DNA of 33,803 bases, taken from assembly GCA_023515725.1 (NCBI GenBank), contig JALDTO010000245.1:1-33803 (forward strand), read 5' to 3'. The translations under genes were made by a program, and so were the position numbers. How positions within the stretch are numbered: position 1 is the stretch's first letter; each line of letters opens with the position of its first letter. Origin of the DNA: Amoeboaphelidium protococcarum X5 (taxonomy: Eukaryota > Fungi > Aphelidiomycota). Below the pieces are notes generated by a model that was given only the letters and a program-made list of their open reading frames with translations, was not told the DNA's origin and made no database searches. Below, in pieces: positions 10,129 through 23,255 of this stretch.

Positions 10129-13100
10129 TCATTATTAAAACCCACCACTATTTCCAGGATTAATACTTCTTCTGCGCACATTGCTGTCGTTGAAGTCGAC
10201 GACAGACGGTCTAAACTGACTTGGACTATATGGCACTTGAGATTAACTTGTGCCTGCTCTTTCCAACACATTTCCTGAATCCTTTCTTAATGCTCTTGGC
10301 TTCGGTTCAACACGATCTGAGGTAAACGGAGCAGCAGATGGGCCGTTGTACTATCCTTCTGTTTTAGATTTCAGAGATTTCCTCAGCCTGATACCACTAG
10401 CGGATAAGAATATCAAGGCACACAAACCCAAAAATACGGAAAGCCATATCATTATACCTCCGTTACTCCCACCGGGACCAAAGATTAGCCCAGCTGAATT
10501 GGCAGAGTTGATTTTGGAAACAGACGGAGGATCTGGGCACGGACAGTCTTAAGAGCAAGAGTTACAATTCTCCCCATACTGGTAATCGCAAACATAATCT
10601 CCACATCTGGAAACATATTTCTCATACATTCCAACATTGTATTGACAATCCTCCAGACGTCCAAATTTATAGCCTTAATTCTAAGCAATGCTGATAAGAT
10701 CCTGCACCAACTAGCTGTCGAAATCAGCTTCCTTTTGCATTATCAACATACTTGAGACCTTGCTATTGTCATACTTATTCTTGAGGCTGTCAGTCACCAA
10801 CTTTTTAACATATGATTAATAATCCACTGAATTATTTTTGGACTTTTCATACGTCGATTTATCGAAATGGAGAATATCAGCAAATGCAACGTTAAATCCA
10901 GTCTCGGCTATAATAGTCCTCACCGTTCCATTGTGCTGGGCGAAAGGAGGGAATACAGCAGTTGGATACACTCCTAAGAATTGAGCAATTTCTCTAGCGT
11001 TCAGGCGCAAGTCTCGGATGATTTCTTCCTTAGACATTGTTCTGTATGATTGATAGTTGAATGAATTGTGAGCAATAGTATGCCCTTCAACGTAAGCTCT
11101 CGTTACCAGATTACGATAGTAAATATTATCATTCAGCTAGCTGCCCGCAACAAAGAAAGTGGCTCTAAAGCGATTCCGCAAAAGCCAATTCAGGATAGAC
11201 TCCAGCTTCTAGGATGGTGATGCATAGAATCCGAATGACAGTAAGCCTGGATTAACACACCGCTTCCTATAGGGAACATTCAGATACGGAATGTCTGGGA
11301 ATTTATCTTTAGACAATGGTTATTGATAAGCAGGAAACTTGTGACTAAGACAATCCTACATGGAAGACTGACGATAGCCCGCATTACGAAAGATGCTGGC
11401 GATCTATCCAATATTTTCAATCACTTTAGCATTACCGGCATCAATTCCTACGATCCAACTCATTGACTCGGGAGAGTAAGTCATCACTGTGTCCTATGCA
11501 GTCTAAACCGCCAGTTGCGCAACCTCCGTCTCCGTCATAGAACCAACATTCTAAGTCTAAAAGTCAACCAATTGCTTATTGGGAGACAGCACGACTTTGT
11601 TCATACCAAAGAGCACATTCAATACCCAAAAATCATTCTACCCATATGGTACACTCAAAAGAGGTGAGTACTGACCCAAAATATTGCCGAGAGCATAATC
11701 GCCTTTCAGCACATCTGTTTCCACATCAGGTCCTGTCAATGGATACCAAGACTAGAACTGATAACCTGCATGAGTGACAAAATGTCCATCCTGATTAGCC
11801 TCATATAGAAGCGACTGCAGGGCATCCTGTGGCACCGTGAAAATTAGCGATGGATTAACAATCATTGTACCAGTAATCTTTAGCGCTCGCAACTAATCCA
11901 GTAACATTCTGGTCAACTTTATATCAGGTCCACCAGTAAAAACAAAACTAACTTTACCATTGACGGTACATTAAGAATACACTTGAGCCAGTTTAGACAT
12001 GTCAATAGGCTCTGGAGGATTAGGATCGCAATTAATGTTAGTAAATCGCCGACTAGGGACACATGGCACAGAGAATTTTTAAATATATTCCCTAAATGAA
12101 CTACTTCCCTCCATCAACTAGCGATAGGCACCGCTGACCAAAGTAGAAGATTCATTAACATACAATCCTTTATCGTAACTGACGTCGTACATGAAAATTC
12201 CACCATGTTTATTCTAAAGAGAATACTTGGTCTTCTCGCTCACACTACGCACATTATCAAAAGTGTGAAATATTTGCTTTGCACTACTGAACAGGATAGG
12301 CACTTTAGAGTAATCATCCCAAAAGTACTAGAAAGACTGCTGTGCAATAGACATTAGTGCAGCATCATAACTAATGAATCCATTAAAATCACCACTATAC
12401 GGCAAGTGCAGACCATTACCAGTATATCCAGTTGGCGCATCAACAAGCGTATACGTCTTACCATATTGAGCTACACCAAAAATAAACATCTCTGCAGGAA
12501 CGCCAGATCTTGACATGAAAAGTCTAATAACAGAATCTATGCTCGGATACTGGTTCGGATTCTACAACTCGTCATTACTGAATAAGGATGCGTGATGTCT
12601 GGTAGCAGTGGAGTTCCACACCGTCTCATAGGTCATAATATTATACCAATCCACATGCTCCTACATCGCTTTCAGTTCGAATATAGGTTCAAACAACTCT
12701 ACCTCATAATACACAGTAACCACCACGTAATAATACTTCTAATATGGTAATTCCAGGATCAAGCGGCGGAGTTCTTTGATAAACAGAGTCAGGTGTCTGC
12801 CATCTTCTGGATTTTTAAACGATCCAGCAGGTCCACCTTGAACTGGAAACTCCCAATCGACATCAATTCCATCAAAGCCGTAATCAATCATAAAGTCAAT
12901 TATGGACTTGGCAAACTATCGCCTACTGTCTTCAGTAAGTAAAGCATTAGATATGTGATCAGACAGGGTCCATCCACCCAAACTAACAAGAATACTCATA
13001 TGAGGATTTCGCTTGCGTAGATAATTCAACTAAAGAATATTACCAAAGGTACATTACTTGCAGTTCTGAGGATTAGAATAATCCAGAATTCGGGCATGAT

Positions 13101-13431
13101 CAGCGTAATTGTCTCCAGTGAGCATAGCATAACTGCCATCCGGCTATAAAGTGGCATTGAAGAAGCCATAAATCAAATGTGTAATTTAATTACCAGCAAC
13201 TTCCCATGGTAGCATCGGCCCCAGAGGAGTGTGTGACTAGTGAGCAGTGTATCCTAAATAATAAGCCACCAGCTTGGGAGTGCTAGGATCAGGGACAAGA
13301 GATGGATCCACAGGTTGTCCAGGCTACTTCATTCCAGCAGTTTAGATAGTCTTTGAGTAGCCACATGGTATAAATACTAGTAGTACAGCAACTACATACT
13401 GAAGCCAAAACTATGCAAACATGCCTACCAT
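10129..13431 (-). CDS. Type I membrane protein, 1100 aa: signal peptide, GH18 chitinase, two degenerate CE4/NodB deacetylase domains, Cys-rich motif, TM helix, cytoplasmic tail
   Basis: One TGA-free frame. GH18 motifs SLGGW and FDGIDVDWEFP (DxDxE intact). CE4-like segments VSFVFTGGP and RATFFVAG/EGHTIAHNS. Then CGDYVCDYQYGENCNSCSQDCPC and TM GIMIWLSVFLGLCALIFLSASGI. Confidence 0.88.
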
Positions 13432-13753
13432 ACTCAAATACACCAGCTTTATAATCGAAGAGATACAATAACAACGATGATGAACAATAATTTGATCAAC
13501 AACGACGAGGTTAAAACGAAAGAAGCGACAGGACAGGTTGAAACAAACGATTCGAAGCGCAGTTTCAAATAGAGAGCGAGCGTGAAGGAATAACGGTCAT
13601 TAGGAAAATGCGTTCGGCCGGCGGTCAATGCAAAATTCATCAAAAGTGAAACATTCCAAGTCAGTCTCCATCGTGAACTGCTAACCTTATTGAAATAATA
13701 ATAACAAATAGCGTAAAAAGAGTATTTACTCCATTTCTATACTGAAATACATT

Positions 13754-14257
13754 ATGGATTAGCAATAATTTGGCCGTTTTGTATAGCTTACTTAAGTGCA
13801 AGAGTATTTGAGAAAGGTTAAATCGCCTCAATGTATAAGATCGATAGGAGTGTAAGATTATAGTTGACTACTGTATACTGAATCGTGACAAGAACTAATG
13901 TATCAATGAGCGTGAACGTGTAGTTTGGTTGATTTCAATCTGGAAAAGGGAGAGGCGTCATTTCGCGGATTACCATCATCATCATCTGCTTTAGCTACTA
14001 CAAATAACTAAACGCTGAATGCCATATTTAAAGCGGATATAACTCTGCTGGATGATTTCGTTCCTCGATGCGGTGATTGTTATCAGTTCATAGCGGATGT
14101 TGATTAATATTCTTAAAGTGATCTGAATTTGAGGATAAGGATAATTCATCGGATTGAAAAGACTGATCATGCCAGGATGATAATGAAAGTTCACACTGAG
14201 TAAGTATGGAACGAGTCTAATATTAAAGTGACAAAGCCGATAATAAACTTGACGTGA
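13754..14257 (+). CDS. Ten1-like OB-fold protein (CST complex), 143 aa; one intron 13852-13923
   Basis: Spliced product MDQQQFGRFVQL...CIRSIGVLVDFNLEKGEA...ADITLLDDFVPRCGDCYQFIAD...LRIRIIHRIE resembles Ten1. Intron GTAAGA...AACTAAT...GTGTAG contains TGA stops. Confidence 0.62.
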
Positions 14258-14289
14258 TTGAGCATTATAAAGTCTTCCTGCAGTATATT

Positions 14290-16887
14290 TCATTATAAAT
14301 CATGAAACTCTTCGTCTGATCTGGTACTCTGGCTTAATACAGTGTCCATTTCCTTCTAAGCTTCAGCTTTGTCTTCTTTATTAGGCACTATATCTTCCTC
14401 CTATTTCTGATCTTAATCTTGACCACTATCCATCTGCTTCTCATTGACTGAGAGTGTCTCCTAAGCACTAACAGGTGGTAGCGGTTATTCATTATCTTGA
14501 TCAGCTTCAGTGTCTAAATTAACCTCCTCCATACTTTAATCTGACCGTACATCGCCACCACTAGCTTCAGCACTTGCATTTTCATCTTGTGTGACATATG
14601 CTGGCTTAAAGTCGAAATTCTATTCCTCTTCAAAGGACGATACTGGTGGACTTTGCACTTCAACATTGTCAACTACGGATTTCTATGCATCCTCATCTGA
14701 GTTGTTAACATCATCAGCTTATTATTCATCACCACCATCTTCATGCTAAGAACTGTCCATGATAACAGCTGCAGAACCCTTTGTTCCCTCAGAGGACGGG
14801 GATTTCAAATCCACCTACTCCAAGGCCATGTCACCGTTATCTTCAACTGTCCCGGCCGCAGCATGTTATTCAGAAGCTGCACGAGGAAGAGGAGATTTTG
14901 GGGGATGATCAACAAAATCACGATGATCATGAGAATCTACTTGCTCCACTACTGAAATAGCAGATTACTGTCGACTAATCTCATGCTATGGCTGCATATC
15001 AATCCCAAACAGTTGTTGCATGTTATTCAGCAAAAACTTCATAATTATCACAGAGTCTTAGACGGCAAATTTAAGATGATCACTGTTTGATCTAATCAAT
15101 ACCGGAGCCCAGCATTCGATGAACTCATTTGATTAATTAGTCTCAAATTCTACCAAAAAGCTCCATGATTTTAATAGCATAGTAATAATCTAGCGTCTGC
15201 ATTCATCAGATTAATCCATAATAGTTTTGACAAACTCCACCGATAGCTCTTCTTTGGCGAACAGCTCCACGTCCAACAAAGGAGATGGAAGTTCCATAAA
15301 GTATCGTCGAAGAACAGCCAATAGAACGGGAACAGAAAATTATTGCAGATCACATTCTTGTGGCTTATCCAATTTGTTTCTGGCAACAGCGACTTCGATA
15401 ACATTCACATCCAGCGATTAAAGCCATAACGACAGCTATTCTTCGGATGCTTTAGAAGCAGAATGCCCTTTGAACTGATCAATAATACCGCGAACAATCC
15501 AGGGACAATCTACATTGTGATGAGAGCAAAAGTCTGCTACATCAACGCCAAATACCGATGAAGTGGCCGCAGATTGATCAAAGGGAGAATACACAAACGG
15601 AGGTGGCCTCATAACGCCAAACTGTTGGCGTGAACATAGCACCTCCAGATCCTTTTCAGCATTAACCGTCTCCAATGAGACAAGCATAGAATTACACATA
15701 TTCTACATGGTGGCTGAAAGACCACTCATGGAATTTCCCAAAGTGTGTAATCCCTGTTTAATAGAGGCAATTCGCGACAGCTCAAGATTCTAAGTGAAGG
15801 CTAGATGCTCCGTATAAATCCTCTCATACTCTGCACAGGCATTATTGGCAGACTACAGTGCATCTTTGTATGCCTCTTCACAGTGAACGCTGTCATTAAG
15901 AGCAGACTGGAACTTGGCTCGAACAATATCAGCATCAGTCCTATTCCAGGCATAAAAATAGTTATCCTTATTCACAAACTATTTACCCCTGCCCATGTAC
16001 CGAATGAAATCATTATCAAGCAGACTCTACGCGACATCTTGAGCAAAGTTGGCACTCTCTCTAAACTTCTCATCCAGATTGTTATCCAGCCATTGCTATA
16101 AATCTTTCCCACTGACACAGACATAGGTGCCCATAAACGGATATTTCATCTCCTTGCTGGCAATTTCTGACTGCATACGAACCAGAAGCTATTTGAGTTC
16201 AGACTAGCCAACCGGAGTCTGACCAAGTTGAACAGTCACTACATCCATCTTTTGACCACCATTACCTTCTGAATCTCCAGCGACATCATCCGAGGGCAAT
16301 TACAGTCTTAAATCTTTAGTAACGGCACAGCTCTTCAAATACGTATCCCTAGTTCTGTCAACCTTATCGCGGCACTTTACAATCAACTTTGCAGCAGTGT
16401 CCACCTATGTTCGCTTCTACTTCCAAATCTTTTTACTCTCATCCAACCATAGACGCAGGGAATCAACAACATTCTCCCTCAACAAGGTGGCAAATGCAAA
16501 GTTTTCATCACAAAATCTATCAATTTCTGACTTTATCTAGCCATACGCCCGCTTCAGCGATGCTCCTTCATCCTTACCAAATCCGTCTCGATTGAACCAG
16601 TCATCAGCAGAAGATGTGTTCTATTACTAATGTTATGAATGAGTAGGACTAGCAGGCTGGTTTCTCATAGATCCAATGCCGAGTTAACTAATACTTGCCA
16701 TGATATTTGGCTACTTGTACAATAAACTTTTCAACTACTGAGCATAATTGTTATGGATCGTTGCCAGCTCTTGACAGAACTGCAATACTTCCAGCTACTC
16801 CACCTGTCCTTACTCAATCTTGTGATGCAGCATCTAGTTCGGGCCATCAGTATCATTTCCATTCCAAAAACATTCTTCAAATCTCAT
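14290..16887 (-). CDS. F-BAR/FCH - DEP - RhoGAP protein (Rgd2/Rga8-like), 865 aa
   Basis: MRFEECFW FCH start; DEP-like VSGKDLQQWL...AQDVAQSLLDNDFIRYMG...FYAW; RhoGAP FGVDV...PWIVRGII...VLRRYFMELPSPLL; acidic tail; ends TAA TGA. Confidence 0.85.
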
Positions 16888-17125
16888 ATCTTATTCACTT
16901 TAATTATGCACTTGGCTTGGAAGAACTTATTAGATACTGTACAGGTTGTATACAGGTTAGTTGAATTTGAACTCTACAAAGAAAAAGAACTATAAGGGAG
17001 AAACAGAAATTTCTATTTTCCGTGAACTCTTTCAGATGATGATGAATCGCGTTAATCTTTGCCATTTAAGCACATCAGCGAATTCTCTCAGATTGATAAA
17101 CTAATTAAGACCCACTAGTATCAGC

Positions 17126-18412
17126 ATGAAAGCAATTCAAGTATCATAAACTGGAGGCGTTGAAGTCTTGTAGGTGCGCGATTTACCTCAACCAGACTTG
17201 AAGCCAGGTAATGTCTCATAACATTCAATGTTAAATTATGAATTTAAGTCATGTTCACTGTGAAAGTAAGTGTAGGACAAGTGTTGGTTCGCAATCACTA
17301 CTCTGGCATCAACTTTATTGACATTTATCACCGGACTGGATAGTACAAGTTGCCTCTACCATTCACTCCTGGAAGGTACGTTTGTTGCTTATATATCTAG
17401 GCTTTATTACTTATTGTGTATTAGTGTAGAGAAGGTGCGGGTGTTGTGGAGAGAGTTTCTGAGGATGTGAAGCATATTTGCGTTGGTGATCGTGTCGCGT
17501 ACTTCTCACCAGGTTCTTACGCCGAATTCACCGCCGCCAATGCAGGTAAATAATGTTTTATTTAACGTTCTATCTAATCTTTGAGCCTCTGTACCTTTTA
17601 ATGTATGCGTGTGTGTTTGTAGCTTAAACTACCGTGTTACCAGATGGTGTTAGTTTTGAGATGGGCTCCGTGTATTGTGTGGCTGGTTTGACATCGTTAG
17701 TTCTGAGTTCTGAAGTGTATCAGGTGAAGTAGAGTGACACGGTGTTAATTCATGCTGCAGCTGGTGGAGTAGGATAGATTTTATCGTAGATTTGCAAAAA
17801 TCACTTTAAAGTCAAGACTGTAATCGGTACTACGTCGTCAGAGGACAAGGCTGAGATTGCTCGCAAGAATGGATGTGATCATGTCATCTTGTACTCGAAG
17901 CCTGGTGTCAGCGTGTATGACGAGGTGATGAAGATTACTGGTGGTGCTGGATGTAATGTGGTATATGATGGTGTGGGAAAGTCCACGTTCGATGTCAGTC
18001 TCGACTGTGTGGCCAAACGCGGATGGCTTTTGTTGTTCGGTGGAGCATCAGGTCCTGTACCGCCTTTTGACATTCTGCGTCTGAGTAAAGGTGCCAAGAA
18101 TCTTGCGCGTCCCTCTTTAATGGAGTTTATCTCTACTAAAGAGGATTTTGATAGATGTATGTTCAGTATCGTTAAGTCAACTTATGCTTATTATGATTTT
18201 GTATGTTTGTGTGTGTAGTGTCTCAAAAGTTTTTCGCAATGTTGGTCGCAGGTGAAGTCAAGATTGACATTAGTAAAGTGTATAATCTGGAAAATGTTTC
18301 CTAGGCCCATAGTGACTTGGAAGGTATTAATAACTCTTTTAAATCAGATTATATCATTTATCTGTTTGTAGGTGGGAAAAGCACTGGAAAATTGGTGTTA
18401 AAATGCGCCTGA
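17126..18412 (+). CDS. NADPH:quinone oxidoreductase (zeta-crystallin/ZTA1/Qor-like); introns 17208-17275, 17376-17429, 17546-17622, 18157-18218, 18324-18371
   Basis: MKAIQV...GINFIDIYHRTG...FTPGREGAG...LIHAAAGGVG...VVYDGVGKSTF...GGKSTGKLVL. Five GT-AG introns restore a continuous frame. Confidence 0.92.
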
Positions 18413-18609
18413 AGTTGCCTTGATATGTTGATTGTAACGCGTTGTGCGTAATGTGATATTGTAGCAATCACATAAAAGAAGTTTAGTTAACTGAATCCAT
18501 CTTAAATTGGCCTTTATATCTTGTTCTGATATTTATTATGACTTGTAAGTTTATTACAAAGTTCTCAGCAGCATAATGCCAACTGTCAGAACAGTTTCCT
18601 ACCCGCCAT

Positions 18610-18630
18610 TCTCTCTCTCTCTCTCTCTCT
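18610..18630. repeat. (CT)n microsatellite upstream of SEC22
   Basis: ctctctctctctctctctct run. Confidence 0.8.
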
Positions 18631-18750
18631 GTGTCACTCACTCACCCTTTTCTTTCCTTCAAATTCAGATAATTAGAGAACAGTCGCAAGAACTTTTATT
18701 ATCACCTTAACTAAGATTGACGACTTCTCAGCTGTAAACGTAAATACAGG

Positions 18751-19494
18751 ATGGTGAAGACTACAATTTTAGCTAGGATTTCAGATGGATTGCCATTGGC
18801 TGCATCGATGGATGACGACGTGGTAAGCTTTATATTAATCTGTATTCAACTCATTTCATAACTTTATTGAATGACTGTCTATATAGTGTAGACTGAAGAC
18901 TTGACAGAATACAAGAACTTGGCAAAGTAGCTATTTAAGAAAATCTCATCATCTTCTAATGGTGGATAGTATGTCAATCCAGATGAAAGTAGATGCACAG
19001 TGGAGGCTGGTCAGTACGTTTTCCATTACATTATAGAGAATCGAGTGGTGTATCTCGTTCTCACTGACAAGACTTACCCAAAGAGATTAGCGTTCGCCTA
19101 CTTGGATGAATTATAAAAGGAATTTGACATTAATTACGGATCTCAAGTATAATAGGCTGCAAGACCGTATGCATTCGTCAAATTTGATACTTTTATCTAG
19201 AAAGTGAAGAAGCAGTACAAGGACTCTCGTACTCAGAGGAACATGTCGAAATTGAATGAAGATCTGAATGATGTCCATAGGATTATGACCAAGAATATCC
19301 AAGATGTTCTCGGTAGATAAGATGCTCTTAATCGAATGTCGGAAGTATCGGGTCAACTAAAGTCTGAGAGCGCCAAGTATCTGAAGGACGCAAAGAATTT
19401 AAATTGGCAAGCTCTGTATCGCAAGTATGGCACACCAGTTATCATTGTGGTCATTGTGCTGTTTGTTCTCTATGTTAGAATGTACTGGTTTTGA
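18751..19494 (+). CDS. SEC22: Longin R-SNARE Sec22, 224 aa; intron 18823-18891
   Basis: [44 protein letters not shown] coil [17 protein letters not shown]-terminal TM. Confidence 0.95.
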
Positions 19495-20056
19495 TCACAA
19501 TATTGATTCTTACATTGCTTTCGCGCTTCGAATGTTAATGCACATTTTTTCGAGTTCGAACTGATCAACACTTTTAATGTCTATAATGCTGGCATACAAT
19601 TACCAAATATATTCGGGCTTTACATCTGAACAATTTTAATCCCAAGCAATGCCTTGAACTAGCTCATTGATTGTCCTAATATGATGTTTTCACGCGGAAA
19701 GTCGAACCTGTTTAATCGTGACGCTAGTTGACTGGCTCGTCATAGTGAACTCTCTACTTGAACAATTTTGAAAAATATAACGTGGCAAAACAATGACAAA
19801 ATAGAAAGAAGGCTTTGATTAAAAAGAGCTGAAATAGGCATGATGTATTTTCTTACGCATTCTTATTTATCTTAAATTGGCATATTATTCGTCAGTAATA
19901 CTTTATAAAATTGTACCAGAATCCAACTGATGCAATATTATGCATGCAAAACTAAACTGAAATGACCGTGTCTGAAACATTAAATGACAGCATTATATCC
20001 TCTACGCAATGGTCAACTTTTACTTTATAAATAATAATAAAATAATATTAAATAAT

Positions 20057-21583
20057 TCATCGTTCCTACTCTTCATGCTAGCCTTTGATATCTTCTGGTG
20101 AAGTCAATTCATCAAATGGCAATATAGAATCCCTGCTTTTAGGCACTTCATTAGATGCAGTGTTCTCATGAGCTAAACTAGAGGAATTAACTGGTAGAGG
20201 CAAAATACTTAACGCGTCATTCAATAGCGCCGGCTATCCACCATCTTTCCCTGCATAGGAATGCCTTTACTGCAGCTACTATTATTAGGGGGTCGATTGA
20301 TGAGGAGGAGCATGCAAGCCATTCCGATGGGATGACGAGATACTCGCAAAGTAAGGTTCATAATGATCATTGACAAAGTCTTGACCATCGAATATACTGC
20401 CTCCAACAGAATGTCCACCAACAGAATGATAATGAGACTATGGTGGGGCAGCAGTGTGAGATCGAGGTGTATAGCTTGGCGCGCTAGCTTAATACTACGG
20501 CGGTTATTATGCACCATAAGACTAATAATTGTAAGGATGATCCAACTCCTAGAATCGCAAACTTTCAGGCATGGATGGTATGCTATTCATACCATGAATC
20601 TAATCATAGTACTAGGACGCGTTAGAACTAAATAGTGATTAGTCCTAATACTAAGGTGGAGGCAACGGTTGAGGCACTGAAGGTGGACCATTTTCAGCGC
20701 GTGATAGTACTTGAAGAGACTACTGATAACCAGTGTTCTAAATTGGACTATCATGGAAGCTTTTGGCACGCTTACTAACTCTGATTCTGTCCGCAGACAC
20801 TTGATTAGGAGAAGAACTTTACCTTTTACCATTTTGATCGGCAGTAACACTATGGGACGTAGTCACAGTTCTGATGGCAACCGGCATGCTCTTTGAATCC
20901 AACTGTGGCATCTAAATTCCATCAGAAGAGTCCATCAGTGCATCTTCAAACTATCTCACGCATTCATTCAAGTGGTCCACAACGTCAGTGTTATCATCAT
21001 TCTCCTCACGGTTGTGCGACGACGACTCAGCATCATCTTTCGGCTCTTTCTCCGCCAAAGCTTCGCGAAGATCAACAACTTGATCCCTGAGCGACATCAT
21101 TTGATCAGCCAGCTGTCTGATAAGTTCAACCGCGCCGATAAATTTCACCGAGTTTCCTAAATCTGACCCAAACAGTAGATGCTGACATATCTTGACATAT
21201 TCTAGCGACTTCACTATAATTTATGCCTTGGATGGTTTCTTTATCTCTTTGAGCAGAGGAACGGCACTGGCGAGATGACTGAATTTGACATTCAAATCCT
21301 CGCGACGGGCGCGTTCAGTAGCGTTGTGATTAGCCTTCTTGATTTCATTACGGATAGGAGAGGAAGTGTGCATCTGCTGCATTTGATCTCCACTACTATT
21401 ATAAATATCATTATCTTCATTCTATTGATTATTACCTTCATTGTCATCATCAACGCTATCTAAGCGAATTCGATTTCCAGATTACGGCTACTACTGCAGT
21501 TATCCTTGGTCGCCTTACAACAGGTTCTTGTCGATCGCCTCCTGATGGCTCAATGTAGATTATTCTCCAGACGATAGAGTCAT
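20057..21583 (-). CDS. bHLH-leucine-zipper transcription factor (group B, E-box type), 508 aa
   Basis: KKANHNATERARREDLNVKFSHLASAVP...KPSKAQIIVKSLEYV followed by a heptad zipper and a Q/P/S/H-rich C-terminus. Confidence 0.88.
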
Positions 21584-21887
21584 ATTGATGATATTAATAT
21601 TATTCTCAAGTAAACCGATAGTAAATATCTCGACTTAAGCTCACAAAATATAGAGTTGTTGAACTTTCTTATCGGCACGTAACACTATTTAAAAAAGCGA
21701 TTATAAAATCAAAATCAAAAAGACACGCGGTAGAGGAATCACGCGGGCTGCAACCTCAGATCGCGTGACCAAGCGCTGGGCCTCTCTCATTGGACAATCG
21801 TTCACACATGTACTTGGCACACCAATAACAATGATATAAAATTTGGGTTCTAAATACAAGAGGAACAAATCATCATATAGTTCAGAG

Positions 21888-23090
21888 TCAATCTTATTAA
21901 ATTGCAATGAGAGAGGAGTCAAGTTTACAAATTTCTTGCTGAGACTCTCTATCAAGCAGTGACAGACAGCTGAAATTTATCACGCCAGACGAAATTGCGA
22001 CAAATTCAACAGTGAGCTCAATAGCTTCCTAAGGTTATAGTACAGATTCGGTTCTATCGCCTGTGAATGAGGCATAACTAAGCTATAGTTGAGTGGATAG
22101 CTCTTCGCTGTAATTCAATACAATGTGCACTGCAGCTGATGACTGATTAACAATTCTAAAAGTAATAGCAGTCTCTGCGTTGATGACAATATAATCTGGT
22201 GCATTCAGCATTTTCACCGACAAAACATCAGCCAATTAAACCGGTTTAGCAGATATAAAACTAGTCTGCAATCTACCAGCCTCACACATAGTTGATCGCC
22301 ACAGAATGTCCAGCTTCCCAATCGAGCTGACTTATTATTTTAACGTGACATCATGCTTTGGCTTCAACATAAACAAGTACTACCTGATATCTTCACTCCC
22401 AATGTGATATGAATCTCCCCATAGAGAACTGCCATCAGGACACTTGTTCAAGTCTTGACACTCGTAATACTTGGCACACTCCGCGTCCTACTCCAACCTC
22501 ATACGTTCAATGAAGACGGGATTCTAGCACAAGTTCTACAACTGAGCCTCCAGGAACATGTGCTGTCCACTAGAGTTCACCTTGGTCTTTACACTGATAG
22601 GACTCAGGGCGTTGAATTTGTAATACTTTTTCAGCTTTTAACCATTATTGTAATTTATAGTACAAACTAGGACATGCACACCAACCTCTCTGATTTCATA
22701 AGATACCACCACCTCAACAGTCTGATTACTGAGCAGATTCACAGAGTTCTTACTAGAATCATTCAGTACCGTCTTCTAATTCTACGTGTGCAATTCCACT
22801 CTGAACGAGACATTGTGAACTGTAAGGCTCATATCATTGTTCACGCAGAGATAGCATGAGAAAGTCTCACCCAGATGCACCTGACCAAACGAAGTGGGCA
22901 GAGTGAGAATATCCTTCGTGGGCGATGTTGCATATTACTTGTCACTGTGGGATGCGCCAGTCAATTCCATCTTCTAGTCAAAGTAAGGCCGAGAGAGTCT
23001 CATCACTTTTAATGTAATTGGATGCTACTACTCTCCACTTTACTATTACTGCTACTATTGTTATTGTTGCTGTTGCTGTTACGAAGACAT
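21888..23090 (-). CDS. TRAPPC13: Trafficking protein particle complex subunit 13, 400 aa
   Basis: HPITLKVMRLSRP, LTLPTSFGQVHLGETFSCY, DIRQYLFMLKPK, IGKLDILWRS...GRLQTS; N-terminal Q14 in mixed CAR/TAR codons (23040-23081). Confidence 0.92.
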
Positions 23091-23255
23091 TTCAAGGTGC
23101 TTTCAGTATAATATTGAAAAGCTAAAGAGAGCGATGCGTTTATTACTAAACCTCAATATCTACTATATCTAGTATCCATGAATTAATAGAGAGAAAAAGA
23201 ACTGTTGAAATCATAATAACATGATACTTCAAATGTAAACATGTATATTAATTAA

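Noticed and set aside
15380-15480. RhoGAP lacking the EGIFR arginine-finger motif as a novelty
   Set aside because: As I recall, the Rgd2/Rga8 family is generally divergent at this position, so it is probably not specific to this gene.
19495-20056. C/D snoRNA or small gene between SEC22 and the bHLH gene
   Set aside because: Only imperfect C boxes (ATGATGT), no terminal stem or recognisable rRNA guide, and only very short ORFs.
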